Shown piece after piece: positions 59,194-64,000 of a stretch of 64,000 nt of DNA; positions within the stretch are counted from its first letter, which is position 1, and each line of letters starts with the position of its first letter. Made by a program: the position numbers and the translations under genes. Below the pieces are notes generated by a model that ran no database searches, was not told the origin of the DNA, and saw only the letters and a program-made list of their open reading frames with translations. The stretch is from Candidatus Cloacimonadales bacterium (GTDB lineage: Bacteria; Cloacimonadota; Cloacimonadia; Cloacimonadales; DAONDQ01), in assembly GCA_963662275.1 (NCBI GenBank), contig OY759316.1, positions 4,288,001-4,352,000 of the forward strand. Reading direction: 5' to 3'.

Positions 59194-60720
59194 ATGGATC
59201 GCATATACCTGAAAGGAGCAGATTTGACGATAGAACAGGTCTGGAACATTTCGTATCAAATGATAGAAGTTGGATTATCGGAAGAAGCTGTACAGAAAGT
59301 AATCAAATGTCGGGAATACGTCGATAAGATAATTCAGGAAGGTAGAATTGTCTATGGACTGACAACTGGTTTCGGTAAATTCAGCACGATAAACATACCT
59401 GCAGATAAAATTGATGAACTTCAGGAAAATCTTATTCTTAGCCATGCGACAGGAGTTGGTAACTATTTTTCAATTCCTGAAACCAGAGCAATACTCCTAC
59501 TTCGTATTAATGTACTTGCTAAAGGACATTCAGGAATTCGACTTCAAACTCTACAAACCCTTATTCAAATGCTTAATCAAGGTGTTCATCCTTGCATTCC
59601 GGAAAAAGGTTCAGTGGGTGCTAGTGGTGATTTGGCACCTCTTTCTCATCTTGCCCTAGTTTTATTGGGTATGGGAAAGGCTTATTATCAAGGTGAGCTT
59701 TTAAGTGGGGAAGAAGCGATGCGACGGGCAGGAATCATCCCTGTGAAACTAGTTGCAAAAGAGGGTCTGGCTTTAAATAATGGTACTCAAGTAATGACTG
59801 CAGTTGGAGCACTTGCTTTGCATAGAGCAGAAAACTTAGTGAAAGTTGCAGACATTTGTGCAATTATGAGCTTGGAAGCTTTACTGGGAACACCGGCAGC
59901 TTATGATCCTCTTATTCACCGACTAAGACCTCATCCGGGGCAATTGGCATCTGCAGATAATCTGTTTAGGTTAGTCCAAGACAGTAAGATACGTGAATCC
60001 CATCTGACATGCAGTAATGTCCAAGATCCCTACAGCCTTAGATGCACTCCCCAAGTTCATGGGGCGATAAGAGAAGCCTTGACATATGTCCGTCACGTGA
60101 TAACAACTGAAATCAATTCTGCTACAGATAATCCTCTCATATTTCCTGACGAGGACAAAGTGATATCGGGAGGCAACTTTCATGGAGAACCAGTAGCCAT
60201 TGCATTAGATACACTTGGAATCGCAACTGCTGAATTAGCCAATATTTCCGAAAGACGTTTAGAACAAATCTTCAATCCTGCCTTAAATCGAGGCTTGCAA
60301 CCATTTCTTGCTCCTAGACCAGGGATTGATTCTGGCTTTATGATTGCACAATTGACTGCTGCGTCTCTTGTTTCCGAAAATAAAGTATTGGCTCATCCTG
60401 CATCTGTGGATTCAATTCCGACTTCTGCAAACCAGGAAGATCATGTCAGTATGGGCACGATATCAGCGGTTAAAGCCCGGACAATCATTGATAATGTATC
60501 TTATGTCTTGGGAATTGAGTTAATGTCTGGGTGTCAGGCTCTTGATGAAAGAGGAATGCAAAGTTCTCCGGCTGTTGAAGCGGTTAAGATGGAAATCCGT
60601 TCTGCGATACCCCATTTGGATAGAGATAGAATTATATGTGATGATATTCAATATATGAAAGAATTAACCGATTCGCCTACCTTACCTGATCTGGTCTCAA
60701 AATTTGTTCCATTGAATTGA
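59194..60720 (+). CDS. hutH: Histidine ammonia-lyase
   Basis: VYGLTTGFG, GSVGASGDLAPL (MIO-forming ASG), KEGLALNNGT, QDPYSLRC, SGGNFHG, NQEDHVSM. Confidence 0.96.
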   Translation: MDRIYLKGADLTIEQVWNISYQMIEVGLSEEAVQKVIKCREYVDKIIQEGRIVYGLTTGFGKFSTINIPADKIDELQENLILSHATGVGNYFSIPETRAILLLRINVLAKGHSGIRLQTLQTLIQMLNQGVHPCIPEKGSVGASGDLAPLSHLALVLLGMGKAYYQGELLSGEEAMRRAGIIPVKLVAKEGLALNNGTQVMTAVGALALHRAENLVKVADICAIMSLEALLGTPAAYDPLIHRLRPHPGQLASADNLFRLVQDSKIRESHLTCSNVQDPYSLRCTPQVHGAIREALTYVRHVITTEINSATDNPLIFPDEDKVISGGNFHGEPVAIALDTLGIATAELANISERRLEQIFNPALNRGLQPFLAPRPGIDSGFMIAQLTAASLVSENKVLAHPASVDSIPTSANQEDHVSMGTISAVKARTIIDNVSYVLGIELMSGCQALDERGMQSSPAVEAVKMEIRSAIPHLDRDRIICDDIQYMKELTDSPTLPDLVSKFVPLN

Positions 60721-60739
60721 CCTTATCAAATAGAAAGGA

Positions 60740-63448
60740 TTGACTTATATGAGAATACGCCGGACTCTCTTATTCCTTGTTCTGCTTTTTTCCCTTTTTC
60801 TGAGCGGATGTGTTTATTATAATACACTATATAATGCTAAGAAACTCTACAAATCAGCACGATCGCGTCCTTTGATTAATGGGAAGCCAAATACACAGGC
60901 AATTGATGAATATACCAGGGCAATGAAGAAATGCGGTTATATCCTTACCGAATACAAAAACAGTCCGTATGCAGACCAGGCTTTGTTTTTATTAACCCAA
61001 AGCCTGTTTTATAAAGGTAATTCAAATCTGCAAGCCTATGAAAAATGCCAGGATTTTCTGAAGTTTTATCCAAAAGATGAACTAGTACCGGAAGTCATTC
61101 TATTTGAAGCAACAATTCTGCATGAGATGAAGAAAAATGATGAGGCTGTTTCTACACTTACCAGTTTTCTACAGGAGCCAATTTTTAAGAAATATTACCC
61201 GCGTGCTTATCTACAGCTCTCCATTAGCAGCATGGATGAAAAAGCTTATGCCCAAGCCCAATATTATTTGCAGAAAATTATTGATAATTATCCTCACTCA
61301 AAAGAGTATAAAGAAGCTTTCTTTCAATTGGGTTACGCTTTCCATATTGAAAATAAATTCGCAGATTCCAACCAGGTTTTCCAGAAATTACTAAAGTCCA
61401 GATTAGAAAAAATAATCAAACTAGATGCTCGATATTACATTGCCCTGAATGATTATTATCAAAAAAATTACAAGAAAGCTGATATTGAAATTAAACCTTT
61501 GTTAAAGGCAGAATCAAGAGCAGATAAAATCCCTTTAATCAAACTACTAAAAGCTAGAAATCTACTTGGATTGAACCAGTATACAGATGCTGTTAGTTTG
61601 TACGAATCGATTAATACCGATTATCCGAAAACCATACATTCGGCAGAAGCAAATTATTATTTAGGTGAATTTAATTTGAATTATCAGCATAATTATGAAA
61701 AAGCAATTACTTTCTATAATAATGTCAAGCTGGAATCTAATCTGTCTCCTTTTGTCGAAGATGCTTTTTCAAAGAGTGCTATTGCCAGTCAAATCATTCT
61801 ATATAACAAGAAGGATAGTAACCTGGCAATTAAGGAGATGGTAAATCAACAAATGAAACTTGCAGAATATTATCTGCACAGTATGAATCTCCCTGATTCT
61901 GCATTGTCTGTTTATCGCGGAGTAGTCAATCATCGCGGTATTCTAGAAGCCCAACTTGATTCATTGGATCAAAGAATTGCACACCTTGATTCTCTCGGGG
62001 TTCCGAAAGATACTTTGAAAGTTATCAAATTAGATTCATTAGCTATTTCTGGTGATTCACTTAAGACCTCACGAACTGATACCTTAAATGTTATTAATGA
62101 TTCACTACGTGTTTCCCAACCAGATTCCTTAAATGTTGGCAAAAAACTATGGAATGATGCTAAAACCGATTCTATCGGAATACAAAAAGATACACTCAGT
62201 GTTCACAAACGCGATTCTTTCGTTAATCCTGAAGAGACTAAGTACAAACCTATAAGAGATACTCTCAATGTACCTGACAAAACTATACCTGTACCCATAA
62301 CATATTACTTACAGAAGGATTCGACAAAAGCAATTGCTGATTCCGTTGCAACTGACGATTCAAGTAAAAACCAGATGCTTGGAAAACTAGTTCAGAAACA
62401 AGAGTCGATGCAACCCGATAGTATTGATTTCAAAATCAAGGATAATATGACATCAAGTTCAGATAGTACCGGACTTAAGATCATATCTCTTGCGGATTCT
62501 ACAAAATCTGATAGTACAGGTTTCCAAGACAGCTTACAAGTAACTAAGAATAAGCATATTAAAACTCCTGAAATGCAAAGTCTGTTAGCAAAACAAAACC
62601 AGCTTTCTGTTAATTTAATGGAATATGATAGTGATTATGTTCCCTTAGCGCTATATGACCAAATTTGGATCTATAAATATAGTATACCCGATTCTGTTAA
62701 AATGGAGCAAGTCTACCAGGAAATGCAGGACAAGTATCCGTTGAATCGGTATACACATGCTGCGACACTTATGCTTCAAGGAAAAAAGGTTGAAGTTACA
62801 ACCGATGAAGAAATCGCCATTGAAAAAGAATACACGGATGCTATGGATTTATATAGTTCATCTCCAGATTCTGCAAAAACAATCTTAAAAACTCTAACAT
62901 CAAATAAGAATTCGATATTTAATGATAAATCTAAGTACTCTCTCGGTTATATTTTCTGGTTTAATGAACATGATTCTGTAAATGCTAAACCATACTTTGA
63001 TGATCTTCTTAAAAAAGACGCGAATAGCGAATATAGTACTTATATAAACCAATTTTACAATGGCAGTAATTTTGTATTTATCGATGAACTTCCTGCGATT
63101 CGAGAGATGGAAGAGAGAGAAAAGCAAAAGAAAATAACAGAACAAGCTAATGAACTAAAGAAGCAGGAGTTAAATCGTCTTGTCGATAACCCTAAACCCA
63201 AGGGTGCTGTTCTTGAATACATTCTTCCACCCCTACCTGAAAAGCCGATTATCATTGAAGATACTACAAGTGTAAAGGACACAACCAGAGCAATCGAGGA
63301 AAAACCAAAACAGGAAGAGACAAAGAATATTCCGCAAATCAGTCAACCTATGAATACTGGAGTTAATCAACCTCAAATCAAAGAGAATGACAGACCATTC
63401 GATTTCATCAAGCCTATTCCCTCAGTAAAACCTAAGGATTCAGAATAG
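60740..63448 (+). CDS. TPR-repeat lipoprotein with central D-(S/T)-rich low-complexity tract
   Basis: Lipobox LSGC followed by VYYNTLYNA; many TPR units (..YP.S....A.F.LG). Start may be ATG 60749. Confidence 0.8.
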   Translation: MTYMRIRRTLLFLVLLFSLFLSGCVYYNTLYNAKKLYKSARSRPLINGKPNTQAIDEYTRAMKKCGYILTEYKNSPYADQALFLLTQSLFYKGNSNLQAYEKCQDFLKFYPKDELVPEVILFEATILHEMKKNDEAVSTLTSFLQEPIFKKYYPRAYLQLSISSMDEKAYAQAQYYLQKIIDNYPHSKEYKEAFFQLGYAFHIENKFADSNQVFQKLLKSRLEKIIKLDARYYIALNDYYQKNYKKADIEIKPLLKAESRADKIPLIKLLKARNLLGLNQYTDAVSLYESINTDYPKTIHSAEANYYLGEFNLNYQHNYEKAITFYNNVKLESNLSPFVEDAFSKSAIASQIILYNKKDSNLAIKEMVNQQMKLAEYYLHSMNLPDSALSVYRGVVNHRGILEAQLDSLDQRIAHLDSLGVPKDTLKVIKLDSLAISGDSLKTSRTDTLNVINDSLRVSQPDSLNVGKKLWNDAKTDSIGIQKDTLSVHKRDSFVNPEETKYKPIRDTLNVPDKTIPVPITYYLQKDSTKAIADSVATDDSSKNQMLGKLVQKQESMQPDSIDFKIKDNMTSSSDSTGLKIISLADSTKSDSTGFQDSLQVTKNKHIKTPEMQSLLAKQNQLSVNLMEYDSDYVPLALYDQIWIYKYSIPDSVKMEQVYQEMQDKYPLNRYTHAATLMLQGKKVEVTTDEEIAIEKEYTDAMDLYSSSPDSAKTILKTLTSNKNSIFNDKSKYSLGYIFWFNEHDSVNAKPYFDDLLKKDANSEYSTYINQFYNGSNFVFIDELPAIREMEEREKQKKITEQANELKKQELNRLVDNPKPKGAVLEYILPPLPEKPIIIEDTTSVKDTTRAIEEKPKQEETKNIPQISQPMNTGVNQPQIKENDRPFDFIKPIPSVKPKDSE

Positions 63449-64000
63449 ATGAAATATGGATCGATATTCCATCAGCAGAATGTTTATTTAAAACTGCTCT
63501 TACTCTTGATGGGTGTTGTTCTTTCAACGGTTGTTCACTTCACATATTTTCTCCTGATATTTGGTTTAACCATACTCTACCTGATTCCCGGATATCAAAT
63601 CTTTCCTATTTGGGGCAAGATCATTCTTAGATTGCTACCATTCCTGATTTCGTATTTTCTCTTCGCTCTACTCTTAGATTTGCCTTTTCCAATCCAGGTA
63701 AGCTTCACTTGTAGGATCGTTTACTTACTGCTATTATCTCTCTATCTATTGAAATCGACGACATTATATAAATTAGTTGAAGATAGTGGACGACTCAAAG
63801 ATTCACATTTGCTGCGTCCAATATTCTTCTATTTCGTAGCAACAATGCAATTTATTCCGATATTCACCAAAGAAAATACTCTCATCATACAGAAATTTAA
63901 ATCACAAGGGAAAATAACAATCAGTAAGTCCGTCGATATCTTGCTGGAATCATTTATGAGTGCTTGGGATAAAATTCCGTACATCGAAAATAAGACAAAG
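63449..64000 (+). CDS. Membrane protein, possibly EcfT/CbiQ-like, 3'-partial
   Basis: ATG immediately after the upstream TAG; reads MKYGSIFHQQNVYLKLLLLLMGVVLSTVVHFTYFLLIFGLTILYL... and is hydrophobic. Absent from the ORF track because it runs off the window. Confidence 0.55.
   Translation, partial: MKYGSIFHQQNVYLKLLLLLMGVVLSTVVHFTYFLLIFGLTILYLIPGYQIFPIWGKIILRLLPFLISYFLFALLLDLPFPIQVSFTCRIVYLLLLSLYLLKSTTLYKLVEDSGRLKDSHLLRPIFFYFVATMQFIPIFTKENTLIIQKFKSQGKITISKSVDILLESFMSAWDKIPYIENKTK

Noticed and set aside
310..63282. Numerous 60-170-aa ORFs antisense to or nested in long genes
   Set aside because: They are shadow ORFs of well-supported genes, with no motifs or independent RBS evidence.

Overview
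AT-rich bacterial chromosomal window, most likely Candidatus Cloacimonadota or a related FCB lineage. This is inferred from six signal-peptide proteins ending in a FlgD-Ig/T9SS-like C-terminal domain (CTD), two PorV/UPF0164-like barrels and the housekeeping genes; it was not checked by search. Content in order: secreted CTD proteins; a two-component/Trk potassium operon; a SurA/PpiD-like foldase; a sigma54-preceded type IVa pilus cluster (pilA, pilT, three minor pilins, pilMNOPQ, an Ig-repeat lipoprotein, pilB, pilC; no pilD or pilY1); an MtaD-like deaminase; a Mutator/IS256-like IS with both TIRs and an 8-bp target duplication; a two-gene operon with a CTD-only adaptor and an FGE/C-type-lectin protein whose 3' end has the codon signature of a diversity-generating retroelement (DGR) variable region; housekeeping genes (PTS EIIA, glyS, aminotransferase, PfkB kinase, purM, lipoate ligase family, hutH); and a TonB-receptor/ExbB/ExbD/ExbD/TonB/CTD-protein/PorV/CTD-protein cluster. 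Intergenic regions carry several REP/REPIN-like hairpin families and 11-bp-period arrays. Best candidates for new biology: (1) a remote DGR target paired with a CTD adaptor through a shared N-terminal module; (2) a TonB-receptor plus dedicated-PorV surface module; (3) an aromatic-rich pilin; (4) a D-(S/T)-hydrophobic mucin-like tract suggesting Bacteroidota-type O-glycosylation. No reverse transcriptase, rRNA, tRNA or CRISPR array was recognised.
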